DNA of 64,000 bases from Candidatus Vogelbacteria bacterium (GTDB lineage: Bacteria > Patescibacteriota > Minisyncoccia > Phycocordibacterales > XYD1-FULL-46-19), in NCBI GenBank assembly GCA_021414225.1, contig JAIOOX010000004.1:66206-130205 (forward strand). The letters run 5' to 3'. A program made the translations under genes and the position numbers. Shown here one piece after another: positions 1-8,435 of the stretch (the first letter of the stretch is position 1; every line of letters starts with the position of its first letter). The notes beneath the pieces were generated by a model. The model did no database searches and was not told the DNA's origin. It was given only the letters and a program-made list of their open reading frames with translations.

Positions 1-151
1 CATTCGGCGCTTCAATAAAAATAGCATCGCCCTGACCTATGTTAAGAAAAGACACCCGCAACCCCCGATTAGTTGTTTGCCAAATGAATAACCAGACCAA
101 ACTCGTTATAATTATCAGAGTAGTTAATATCAGCCAGCGAGTTTTTTTCAT
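1..151 (-). CDS. ComEC/Rec2-type metallo-beta-lactamase-fold competence protein, N-terminal part (runs off window)
   Basis: Hand translation from ATG at 151: N-terminal TM then RVSFLNIGQGDAIFIEAPN, the typical start of the ComEC MBL domain; downstream of comEC. Confidence 0.8.
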   Translation of the reverse strand, partial: MKKTRWLILTTLIIITSLVWLFIWQTTNRGLRVSFLNIGQGDAIFIEAPN

Positions 152-167
152 AAACTAATTATAGCAA

Positions 168-210
168 AAGAAAAAACCCGTCGAGCCATAGGCCCGACGG
201 GTTTTTTCTT
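168..210. terminator. Intrinsic terminator (bidirectional-type)
   Basis: aagaaaaaacccgtcg...cgacgggttttttctt inverted repeat just after the stop of 216..428. Confidence 0.8.
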
Positions 211-215
211 TAAAA

Positions 216-428
216 CTATTTCTTAGCTGGAGTTGAAGCTTGAGTAGTAGCTGGAGTGCTAGCTGCTGGCCCTACCGCCCCGTTAAGAAACTGTACAATT
301 TGTTGAATTTGAGCGTTATTTTGGATAGTCAAAGATCTTACTTGATAAACCATATAAGCATGATAAACAAAGACTACAAAAATTGCTCCCAAAATAAACG
401 CTACAACTATATTTTTATTATTTTTCAT
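216..428 (-). CDS. Small membrane-anchored hypothetical protein
   Basis: 70 aa, N-terminal hydrophobic helix, Ala/Thr/Pro-rich tail, followed by terminator. Confidence 0.7.
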   Translation of the reverse strand: MKNNKNIVVAFILGAIFVVFVYHAYMVYQVRSLTIQNNAQIQQIVQFLNGAVGPAASTPATTQASTPAKK

Positions 429-486
429 AAAAAATATTAAGACCTAATAATTCTGTAAAAACTACGTGCTACCTATTATAAATAAT

Positions 487-1971
487 CTATAACTTCTTGC
501 CTAGTGGATGAAGACTTTTAAAGCCCAACCAAAAATAGATTCCATACCAAACAACCACCACCACCAAAGGTAAGGTCGGCACCAAAAAAGCAGCAAAAGG
601 TAAAAGCGACCACCATTTCACAATCATTAAAATATAAGACAGGGTCACCAAACTAAATCCGGCGAAAATAAAACTAAACCAATGACCAACAAAACCAATT
701 AGACCAGTCAAAAAAACTACCAACATTGTTAGGGGTACCATTGGTAAAACCAACAAGTTAACTGGTAAGGCCACAATTGATAACTGTCCCACCTTATATA
801 ACAACCACGGTAAAACAAATAACTGAGTGGCTAAAGTAGAACCAACAATATCTCTCAAACCAAATCTTTCCGGCACTCTAGTTAAATAAGGTTCCAAAAT
901 AGTGGTGCCATAAATCAAACCAATAGTCGACAAAAAAGATAACTGAAAACCGACATCAAAACCTAAGACCAGTGGGTTATAAAAAATCATCCCAAAAGCC
1001 GCCAAGACGAGGGCCACTGTAATATCATAGTTTCGCCCTGTCGCCCTAGCCATCAACACCAAAAGAGCCATAACTGAAGCCCGGATCACCGTCGAACCAC
1101 CACCAACCATGACCGCAAATAAAATTATACTAAAACCACCCACCGAGAGAGCCACCAACCGCGGTAAAAACAAACCAGCTAATTTCAAAATATTTTCCGC
1201 TACAATTGTAATATTGTAGCCAGACAAAACAACAATGTGGACTAGGCCCACCCGTCTGAAATCTTCTTGCCGGTCTTTACCTAACCCTTGCTTAGCACCA
1301 ACCACTAGGCCACTAGCCAAAGAGACTGCCGGCTCGGGTATGTCACGCTCTAAGTTACTAATAAAACTTTGTTTAATTGTAAATAAAATTCGGACTGGCG
1401 ACCACCACTGACCGGCTTTTATTTTCTTCACCTCTCCCCGACTGATTAGGTACTGGACTCCTTGAACTTTCAGATAATTAACATAATCAAATTCTCGACC
1501 AGTATCCGTTAGAAAATTTTTAGGTTTAGACAACTGCCCAACCACTTCTACTTTGTCACCGTACTCTACTTGGGAACCCAAAGGTACCACCACCAACACT
1601 GATTGATCCAAATTATTTGGCCTTACCAACAATCGTAGTCCAGTCTCACGTTCATCTGGTTCATCAACTATTTGGCCAGTTACAGAAATATTCTGACCAA
1701 GCTTTGACTCCAAACTGGCGACTGGTTGAATTTGGGTTTGATTAAATCTAAAACCACCCACACAAAAACCCAACAACAATAAACCAAGAAACACTAATTT
1801 GAAACTGGTTTGAAAATAAGACACTACTATCAACCCAAAACCAATCAGTAATATTAAGCCTAAATAATAGTTACCTACAAGCTGATAACTAGACCAAACA
1901 ACCCCTAGGAAAAAACCACTAATTGTCAGTCCGACACTCCACCGTAAATCATTAATCGCCAGCCCCACCAT
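487..1971 (-). CDS. comEC: ComEC competence channel (DUF4131 OB domain + Competence domain)
   Basis: GLVHIVVLSGYNI, VIRASVM, GFQLSFLS motifs; many TM helices. Confidence 0.93.
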   Translation of the reverse strand: MVGLAINDLRWSVGLTISGFFLGVVWSSYQLVGNYYLGLILLIGFGLIVVSYFQTSFKLVFLGLLLLGFCVGGFRFNQTQIQPVASLESKLGQNISVTGQIVDEPDERETGLRLLVRPNNLDQSVLVVVPLGSQVEYGDKVEVVGQLSKPKNFLTDTGREFDYVNYLKVQGVQYLISRGEVKKIKAGQWWSPVRILFTIKQSFISNLERDIPEPAVSLASGLVVGAKQGLGKDRQEDFRRVGLVHIVVLSGYNITIVAENILKLAGLFLPRLVALSVGGFSIILFAVMVGGGSTVIRASVMALLVLMARATGRNYDITVALVLAAFGMIFYNPLVLGFDVGFQLSFLSTIGLIYGTTILEPYLTRVPERFGLRDIVGSTLATQLFVLPWLLYKVGQLSIVALPVNLLVLPMVPLTMLVVFLTGLIGFVGHWFSFIFAGFSLVTLSYILMIVKWWSLLPFAAFLVPTLPLVVVVVWYGIYFWLGFKSLHPLGKKL

Positions 1972-1992
1972 TTTTAAATTCTAAAGTAAAAA

Positions 1993-2418
1993 CTAACTAT
2001 TTGTATCCATTGCCTCATTAGCTAGTCGATCCGCTTCTTTGTTTTCCTCTCTAGGTATTTCTACGACTGAAAAGTTTGGTATGTATTTTCCAAGTAAATC
2101 TTGAACCACCAACCATAAATCTTTCATCCGTGGTTCTTTTATTTTGTACTTTTTGGTAATCTGCCTAGCCACCAACTGAGAATCCATTCGCAACTCCACC
2201 TGAGCCAACTTTAACTCTTCCATTCCAACCACCTCTTTAATTTGCTCCAAGCCAAAAATCACCCCATGATACTCGGCTTCATTGTTGGTTGCCTCCCCAA
2301 GGGCCTTGGAGGCCTCGTGGATCATCTGTCCAACCTCATCTGTAATCACGATACCTACCCCTGCATTTCCAGGATTACCTCGTGCTCCTCCGTCAGTATA
2401 TAAAATATATTTCTTCAT
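1993..2418 (-). CDS. rnhA: Ribonuclease HI family protein
   Basis: YTDGGARGNPG, TNNEAEY, DSQLV, REENKEADRLAN. Confidence 0.9.
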   Translation of the reverse strand: MKKYILYTDGGARGNPGNAGVGIVITDEVGQMIHEASKALGEATNNEAEYHGVIFGLEQIKEVVGMEELKLAQVELRMDSQLVARQITKKYKIKEPRMKDLWLVVQDLLGKYIPNFSVVEIPREENKEADRLANEAMDTNS

Positions 2419-2427
2419 CTTGTTATT

Positions 2428-4185
2428 TTAAACTACCGATCTAATATCAACAATCCGCAGTCTCAATTCAGGATAATTCTTAAAATTAGACTTCTCCAAG
2501 TTGGCCAATAGATCAATCCGGTGCCCAGAAATCAGGGCTACGTCCGGAAAATTATGTCCATTGTGACCATCAAACTCTTCACTTTCATCTAAAACCGGCG
2601 GACAACCAAAAAAGCCAATCGCTACCAACTTCTTACCGTTAACCTGAAACGATAATTCAATATGAATACCGCCATTGCCAAACGTTTTCACTCCCCCAAT
2701 CTCAATATCTCGAAACAAAAAAACTGGTTTCGGATTATCAATCCCAAACGGCGACAATCTGTCCACTTCTTTAAAAGTGTCCCAGGTCACTTCACTCAAA
2801 TCAAGCTCGCTGTCGATCATTTGCTCGATCACCACTTCTTCTTTCGGTAACTTGCCATAGGCCTCAATCAGTCGATTTTCTAATTCATCTTCTTTTTCTG
2901 GCGCCAGTGAGAAACCACCTGCATGAATATGTCCACCCATGTCATTAAAAAAATCTCGTCCTCCAGCCGCCATCATCAGCTCCACTAAATTAACCGAGCC
3001 ATCCGACCGACAAGAACCTTTGATTAGACCATCGCCATTTTTACCCCAGACAAATGATACTCGATTGTATTTTTCGGTAATCCGAGCTGACGCCAAACCA
3101 AGTACTCCCAATCCCCAACTAGGGTCACCTACTACCACCACCGGTGCCACTTCCTTATGAGCAAAGTGATCAGTTACTGTTTGCATAATAGTTTCCACCA
3201 ACACCTTTCGCTGTTTATTATTTTTCTCGAGATTGGTAGCAATCGTTCGAGCCACTGAATCACTGTCAGTCGTCAGAAGTTCATAAGCTTCCGAACCATG
3301 AGTCATTCGACTAGCCGAGTTGATCCGCGGACCAATCATAAAACCAATATCATCTTCCGCAATCACTCCTAATTTTAATTTAAGTACGTGAACCAAAGCC
3401 AAGAGTCCCGGTCGCCGGGTTTTATTGAGTACTCGCAAACCAAAGTTCACCAGCACTCGATTTTCTCCCACTAGCGGCACCATGTCCGACACGGTCGAGA
3501 CAGCCACCAAATCCAGCAACCACTTCTCCCAACCAGGGACAATATCAAAACCACCTCGAGCGATCAGGCCTTGAACAAGTTTAAAAGCCACCCCCGCTCC
3601 ACATAAGTTTTTGTTGGGATACACATCGCCCTCCCGTTTCGGATCAACAATTGCTAACGCTTCCGGCAAGATTTCGTGAGGTAAGTGGTGATCAGTAATA
3701 ATCACATCAACACCAAGCTCTCGCGCTTTGACCGATTCCGCAAAAGCCGTAATTCCACAATCGATAGTAATGATTAATTTCACACCATCAGCGGCAAATT
3801 TATCAACTTGGATTAAATTAAGACCGTACGACTCTAAATGCCGATCAGGAATATAGGGTACAAAGTTTATAAAACCAACTTGTTTAAAAAATGTCGCCAA
3901 AATCGCTGTTCCCGGCACACCATCCGCATCGTAGTCACCAAAAATCACTATTTTTTCGTTGTTTTTGATCGCCAGCAAAATCCTCTCCACCGCTTTATCC
4001 ATATCGGTCATCAGAAACGGGTCATGAATATGCTTCTCGTAATCTGGATTTAAAAAGGGGTCCGCTTCATCAATATCTGTAATCCCGCGGTTGTATAAAA
4101 GTTTGGCCACCAACTCCGGCAAGGGAGCAAGTTTTTTCTCAGCTTGTTTAGTAATAGCCGGTCTCAGTGACCATTTTTTTGCCAT
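2428..4185 (-). CDS. recJ: ssDNA exonuclease RecJ
   Basis: GDYDADG, TIDCG, TDHH, DMVPL, GSCRS, GGHIHAGG DHH/DHHA1 motifs. Confidence 0.95.
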   Translation of the reverse strand: MAKKWSLRPAITKQAEKKLAPLPELVAKLLYNRGITDIDEADPFLNPDYEKHIHDPFLMTDMDKAVERILLAIKNNEKIVIFGDYDADGVPGTAILATFFKQVGFINFVPYIPDRHLESYGLNLIQVDKFAADGVKLIITIDCGITAFAESVKARELGVDVIITDHHLPHEILPEALAIVDPKREGDVYPNKNLCGAGVAFKLVQGLIARGGFDIVPGWEKWLLDLVAVSTVSDMVPLVGENRVLVNFGLRVLNKTRRPGLLALVHVLKLKLGVIAEDDIGFMIGPRINSASRMTHGSEAYELLTTDSDSVARTIATNLEKNNKQRKVLVETIMQTVTDHFAHKEVAPVVVVGDPSWGLGVLGLASARITEKYNRVSFVWGKNGDGLIKGSCRSDGSVNLVELMMAAGGRDFFNDMGGHIHAGGFSLAPEKEDELENRLIEAYGKLPKEEVVIEQMIDSELDLSEVTWDTFKEVDRLSPFGIDNPKPVFLFRDIEIGGVKTFGNGGIHIELSFQVNGKKLVAIGFFGCPPVLDESEEFDGHNGHNFPDVALISGHRIDLLANLEKSNFKNYPELRLRIVDIRSVV

Positions 4186-4193
4186 AGGACGTG

Positions 4194-4208
4194 ATTATAG
4201 CATATACT
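4194..4208. promoter_or_regulatory. Back-to-back -10 elements of divergent recJ and HIT genes
   Basis: Minus-strand TGCTATAAT (hexamer 4194-4199) 8 nt before recJ ATG; plus-strand TATACT 4203-4208 6 nt before HIT ATG; intergenic gap only 29 bp. Confidence 0.6.
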
Positions 4209-4214
4209 TAGTTC

Positions 4215-4574
4215 ATGACTGATTGTATATTTTGCAAAATAGTTGCCGGAGAAATCCCATCACACAAGGTTTACGAGAATGATAACTTCCTAGCCTTTTT
4301 GGATATTCATCCTCACTCCCCTGGTCATGTCCAAGTAATACCCAAGACTCACTACCGCTTCGTCTGGCAGGTACCAAATGCCGGCGACTATTTTGAAGTG
4401 GCTAAAAAGATAGCTTTAGCTCAACAAAAGGCTTTTAATACTGACTGGATCCTCAGCAAAATCGTTGGTGACGAAGTACCACACGCTCATATCTGGGTCT
4501 TCCCTAATGATAAAGTTAAAGGCGACAAAATGGATTTCGAAAACAATAAGCAAAATATTATAGCTAATTTATAA
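4215..4574 (+). CDS. HIT family nucleotide hydrolase
   Basis: DCIFCKIV N-terminus, HAHIW variant of the histidine triad. Confidence 0.9.
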   Translation: MTDCIFCKIVAGEIPSHKVYENDNFLAFLDIHPHSPGHVQVIPKTHYRFVWQVPNAGDYFEVAKKIALAQQKAFNTDWILSKIVGDEVPHAHIWVFPNDKVKGDKMDFENNKQNIIANL

Positions 4575-4576
4575 TT

Positions 4577-4954
4577 ATGACTAAAAAAATACTCTTGTTA
4601 ATCAGTTTGATTGTGATCTTGGGTGGATCATATTTAATTTACAAAACGTCCATTCCTTTTAAGTCAGATGACCAAATTATTACTTATACAGACACATCTC
4701 TGCGGGAAATTATAATCCAAAATAAAAGTCTGGTATGTAATACGGGATACGCTTCCGGCCTTAGTGGTTTTAAAGCTACTATTTACATTAAAAATCAAAC
4801 AGCGGAAATAGAGTATAAGGGTTCCGCTTTTAACCCAGAGACTGAATCAACAGAAATAACTCAAGAAAACTATTCCATCGACCTAAATAAACCAGACAAC
4901 AAAAATTTATTTGATATAGACAATCAATATTTTACCTATAAGTGCACGAGGTGA
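4577..4954 (+). CDS. Membrane-anchored hypothetical protein
   Basis: 125 aa, N-terminal TM, two Cys; starts 2 nt after the HIT stop. Confidence 0.7.
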   Translation: MTKKILLLISLIVILGGSYLIYKTSIPFKSDDQIITYTDTSLREIIIQNKSLVCNTGYASGLSGFKATIYIKNQTAEIEYKGSAFNPETESTEITQENYSIDLNKPDNKNLFDIDNQYFTYKCTR

Positions 4955-5030
4955 GTATTTATATTTCACTTAATAAACTAGATTTTGAAAATAACAAACA
5001 AAAGATTGTAGGGAATCTATAAAAGTAATA

Positions 5031-5060
5031 AAGCCGGAAGAATATTTATTCTTCCGGCTT
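5031..5060 (-). terminator. Intrinsic terminator closing the radical SAM/peptide operon
   Basis: aagccggaagaata/tattcttccggctt perfect inverted repeat, U-rich tail on minus strand, 15 nt after the stop of the second peptide ORF. Confidence 0.8.
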
Positions 5061-5075
5061 GGCGCTATCTATAGA

Positions 5076-5234
5076 TTACTTACCTTCGAGATGACTCGGG
5101 GTATCACTCGAAACGGAATTAGGTTTCGGTCTGGGCACTAGCCGGCCTTTCGAGCCAGACACAATGCACAACCGCACTTTTTCTCCGCTAGGGCGAGGCA
5201 CAATTCGCCCTTTGGAGCCCGACAAAACACCCAT
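5076..5234 (-). CDS. Putative RiPP precursor peptide B, 52 aa: MGVLSGSKGRIVPRPSGEKVRLCIVSGSKGRLVPRPKPNSVSSDTPSHLEGK
   Basis: Hand-translated (below ORF-track cutoff); SD AAGGGAGGTG at 5240-5249; two copies of SGSKGRxVPRP; TAA at 5076-5078. Confidence 0.85.
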   Translation of the reverse strand: MGVLSGSKGRIVPRPSGEKVRLCIVSGSKGRLVPRPKPNSVSSDTPSHLEGK

Positions 5235-5266
5235 TACAACACCTCCCTTCTAGATGAGATCAAAAG

Positions 5267-5362
5267 CTACTTGGAATTCGACCCGCTCGTTACCTTTTCA
5301 GGTCGAGTGATCAAATTCGGCCGAGGAACCACTCGCCCTTTGGATCCTGAGACTGTCGGCAT
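5267..5362 (-). CDS. Putative RiPP precursor peptide A, 31 aa: MPTVSGSKGRVVPRPNLITRPEKVTSGSNSK
   Basis: Hand-translated; SD AAAGGAGGTGA at 5367-5377; one SGSKGRVVPRP motif; starts 29 nt after the radical SAM stop. Confidence 0.85.
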   Translation of the reverse strand: MPTVSGSKGRVVPRPNLITRPEKVTSGSNSK

Positions 5363-5391
5363 ACTATCACCTCCTTTCTAATCTGATTCAT

Positions 5392-6357
5392 TCACGAAAG
5401 TATACGCGACCAAACGCGCATCTCTTGGGTGAAAAGTTTGTTCACCGACTGACTATGCCCAGCAGGCATCATGGCCGGCTCGGCTTCGGTGCCCGTGCGA
5501 CCATCAAGAGTTGGCAGGTAAAACTTCCCATCCCAACGCAGATTGAGCTCACCTGACCACATCAAGCTTTGCGGACGATATACCAACTGCGTCCCAGACG
5601 ACAACTCTACTATCAAAGCATCGCCTTCTATCCTATCTGGTTTCCAAGGCAACGTCCGCAGGACTGGAATCAGATGTTCGATGTGAGCCAGGTCATACAG
5701 ATTGATAATTTTCGGCACCCCATTAAGAAGAGTTTCAAAAGCCATCCGGCATGACTTCTCGTCTGAAAAGTCAGCAGTCTCTCGCTCCACCACCGCGTCA
5801 GCTGTTGAGATCATGGCTACTGACAACGGAACATCATTATCAGCGAGCATCACTTCAAACTCGGACCACCGACCCAGGTTAGTAGGAGAAAGGCAAGATG
5901 AGATGATCGGATCAAACCCTTGATCTTTCAGCTTGAGCACAGCGCCCCAAGCTTTATCGAAAGCCCCCTCTTTGTTTCTCTGGATATCGTGGTCCGCTCT
6001 CACTCCATCAACTGAGATGTTGATATAGTCGAGTTGCCGAAGTAGTTCTATAGGAGCGTTGAAAATAGTATATCCATGATCAACAATTCCTATTTTCTCT
6101 ACCCCTGCTTCAAGACAAGCCTGGAGAAAAGCGAGACCTTTCGGGGTCAGCATTCTCCCGGCATAACCAACAGTGGCACCCCAACTAGCAATGAGCTTCG
6201 CCTGACGAGTCCAGTCATTAACTGTCTTTTCTTCCAAGTCGTGATGCCAAAAGCAATGACGACAAGACAGATTGCAAACCGCCACGATAGTAGCCACGAC
6301 TCGAAGTGGGTTGATAGACCCGTCGAGTTTATTTTCCAACCACCGATCAATCAACAT
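5392..6357 (-). CDS. Radical SAM enzyme (putative peptide maturase, no SPASM cysteines)
   Basis: CNLSCRHC (CxxxCxxC), ISVDG..HDIQR..GAFDKA motif typical of SPASM/twitch-related rSAM; SD GAGGAG at 6365-6370. Confidence 0.88.
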   Translation of the reverse strand: MLIDRWLENKLDGSINPLRVVATIVAVCNLSCRHCFWHHDLEEKTVNDWTRQAKLIASWGATVGYAGRMLTPKGLAFLQACLEAGVEKIGIVDHGYTIFNAPIELLRQLDYINISVDGVRADHDIQRNKEGAFDKAWGAVLKLKDQGFDPIISSCLSPTNLGRWSEFEVMLADNDVPLSVAMISTADAVVERETADFSDEKSCRMAFETLLNGVPKIINLYDLAHIEHLIPVLRTLPWKPDRIEGDALIVELSSGTQLVYRPQSLMWSGELNLRWDGKFYLPTLDGRTGTEAEPAMMPAGHSQSVNKLFTQEMRVWSRILS

Positions 6358-6468
6358 GACGTCTCTCCTCTAAAATAGTGTTGTTAATTGCAAAGATCCT
6401 TCTGGAAACATCATACATAAATCAACAAGTCAATACTGACAAATAACATAGCCCACCAAGAAATAGTC

Positions 6469-6499
6469 AAAATAACGTTATTTTACATTGTAAAATAAC
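6469..6499. promoter_or_regulatory. Candidate operator: overlapping palindromes
   Basis: aaaataacgttatttt (6469-6484, perfect) overlapping gttattttaca-t-tgtaaaataac (6477-6499), between the divergent rSAM and regulator genes. Confidence 0.55.
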
Positions 6500-6507
6500 T
6501 AATCTAT

Positions 6508-6536
6508 TTGACGAAAAAATCGTCACTTTGTATACT
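6508..6536 (+). promoter_or_regulatory. Sigma70 promoter of TrmB-like regulator (likely leaderless mRNA)
   Basis: TTGACG-17 nt-TATACT, ATG at 6543; tgacga/tcgtca inverted repeat overlapping the -35 and spacer. Confidence 0.7.
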
Positions 6537-6542
6537 AAACTA

Positions 6543-7364
6543 ATGTTTATTGAAGAAGAATCCAAGTTACTTGGTCTAACCTCTAAAGAAAAGAGGCTCT
6601 TAACCGGTCTTTCAGCTACTCCTATAAGTGTCTCAGCCTTAGCTAAACAGACCAAAATAAAACGCACCAGCCTCTATTCCCTACTAGACCATCTCTCTAG
6701 TAGAGGCTTAGTATCTAAAACCCTTCAGGGTAAGCGTTGGTATTGGTTTGCCACTCCAGCGAAACAGCTGCAAGAAAAGTTTTTTTCTTTGGCCGAAAAT
6801 CACCGCACTACTAGTGAAGTTCGAGAACATGAGATTGGGATTATTGCCTCCCAAGACAGCGAGTATAAAATTTACCGAGGCAAGAATAAACTAATTACGA
6901 TTTATACTGAATTAGCTAATTTACCAAGACATAGCCGCTTATATGGAATACAGCCAAACATTTCAGTCGGCAGTGTCTTGAAACACTTACCTGATGAAAA
7001 TCTTATTACTATTAATGAGAGTTTTAAGAAACGTAATATTATTGTAGAAGCTCTTTTGCAGGAAGATTTTCTAACTGCCTACGCTGGCATACTTAAGCAA
7101 AAGAAACCCAAAAAAGAAATCTTACAATCATATGGAAATCGATTAGCAGTAACAACTTACATCCCTAAGGCTACCCTTAACTTTGATTCAGAAATAATTT
7201 TTTATGGAAATATTGTTTTATTCCTCAACTGGCAAGAGTTGGTTGCTATTGTTATTAAAAATAAAGATATCGTTGGTATTATGAAAGCCTTATTTGAGTT
7301 AGCAAAACTAAGCGGTGATCGTGTTGATCAAAACCCCCATGTAGAAAAACTGTTGGGCAAGTAA
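6543..7364 (+). CDS. TrmB-family HTH transcriptional regulator
   Basis: N-terminal wHTH (LAKQTKIKRTSLYSLLDHLSSRGLV), C-terminal TrmB-like effector domain (..FELAK); start moved to ATG 6543. Confidence 0.8.
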   Translation: MFIEEESKLLGLTSKEKRLLTGLSATPISVSALAKQTKIKRTSLYSLLDHLSSRGLVSKTLQGKRWYWFATPAKQLQEKFFSLAENHRTTSEVREHEIGIIASQDSEYKIYRGKNKLITIYTELANLPRHSRLYGIQPNISVGSVLKHLPDENLITINESFKKRNIIVEALLQEDFLTAYAGILKQKKPKKEILQSYGNRLAVTTYIPKATLNFDSEIIFYGNIVLFLNWQELVAIVIKNKDIVGIMKALFELAKLSGDRVDQNPHVEKLLGK

Positions 7365-7367
7365 ACT

Positions 7368-8435
7368 TTATTTCTTAAGCGCTTCCAGCCCAGGCAATGT
7401 TACCTCGGCTAAAAATTCGAGCATCGCACCACCACCAGTGGAGATAAAGTCTATTTGTTCATTAATATTCAAACCTTCTATCGCGGTCACCGTATCGCCT
7501 CCACCAATGATTGAGTAAGCCTTAGACTTAGCGATCGCTTTAGCAATAAGAGTTGTAGCTTGGCCGAAACCTACTTCAAAATTACCTTGAGGACCATTCC
7601 AGACCACTAGTTTAGCTTTACTAATTTTATCAGCCACAAAGGCTACCGACTGCGGACCAATATCAACGATCTTTTCTTGTTTACCGGTCGCTTCAGGCAT
7701 TTTAATCGCATCACCCTTAGGACCACTAGTCACCACATCGATCGGCAACACCACATTTTTATATTTCAAAATCTCAGCCAAACCTTTAGCCTCGCGATCC
7801 ACTACCGACTTCCCCACTTCATAGCCTTCTTTCAGAAAAAGAGCGTTGGCCAAAGCGCCACCAACAAACACAGTATCAGCTAATTTCGCAAAACGTTTGA
7901 TCAAAGGCAATTTGGTCGAAAACTTTACCCCACCTAACACAAACACAAAGGGGTGTTGTGGTTTGAAAGCTTTAGATAATTCTTTAACTTCTTTTTCGAC
8001 AAGGAGACCAGCATAAGCGGGCAACAACTTTGGCAGTGACACCACTGAAGCATGTTTACGGTGACAAACTGCAAAAGCTTCATTCACATAAATATCTGCC
8101 TCTTTGGCTAATTGCTTAGCAAAAGTTTTATCGTTTTTCTCTTCACCAGGATTGGAGCGAAGATTTGGGAGGAAAATTAAATTACCATAAGGCAACTTTT
8201 CACTCACGTATTCAACAATAGGTTCAATCGAGGCTTTCTCGTCACCAAGATGAGTCGCTAAGACAAGCGTCGCTCCACCGGCGACCAAATAAAGAAGAGT
8301 GGGAAAAGATTGATCAATCCGATAGGTATCCATAATTTTTCCATTCTTAATCGGCACATTCCAATCCACTCGGACAAACACTCGTTTACCAGCTAAATCT
8401 TTTTTCTTCAATTGTTTAATACTTCGTAGTTCCAT
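7368..8435 (-). CDS. pgk: Phosphoglycerate kinase
   Basis: RVDWNVP, HRKHAS, WNGP, GGGDT, STGGGAMLEFL. Confidence 0.96.
   Translation of the reverse strand: MELRSIKQLKKKDLAGKRVFVRVDWNVPIKNGKIMDTYRIDQSFPTLLYLVAGGATLVLATHLGDEKASIEPIVEYVSEKLPYGNLIFLPNLRSNPGEEKNDKTFAKQLAKEADIYVNEAFAVCHRKHASVVSLPKLLPAYAGLLVEKEVKELSKAFKPQHPFVFVLGGVKFSTKLPLIKRFAKLADTVFVGGALANALFLKEGYEVGKSVVDREAKGLAEILKYKNVVLPIDVVTSGPKGDAIKMPEATGKQEKIVDIGPQSVAFVADKISKAKLVVWNGPQGNFEVGFGQATTLIAKAIAKSKAYSIIGGGDTVTAIEGLNINEQIDFISTGGGAMLEFLAEVTLPGLEALKK

Noticed and set aside
5127-5350. Three ~33-bp repeats as a mini CRISPR array
   Set aside because: Copies diverge at third codon positions, spacing is irregular, no cas genes; explained as peptide-coding repeats
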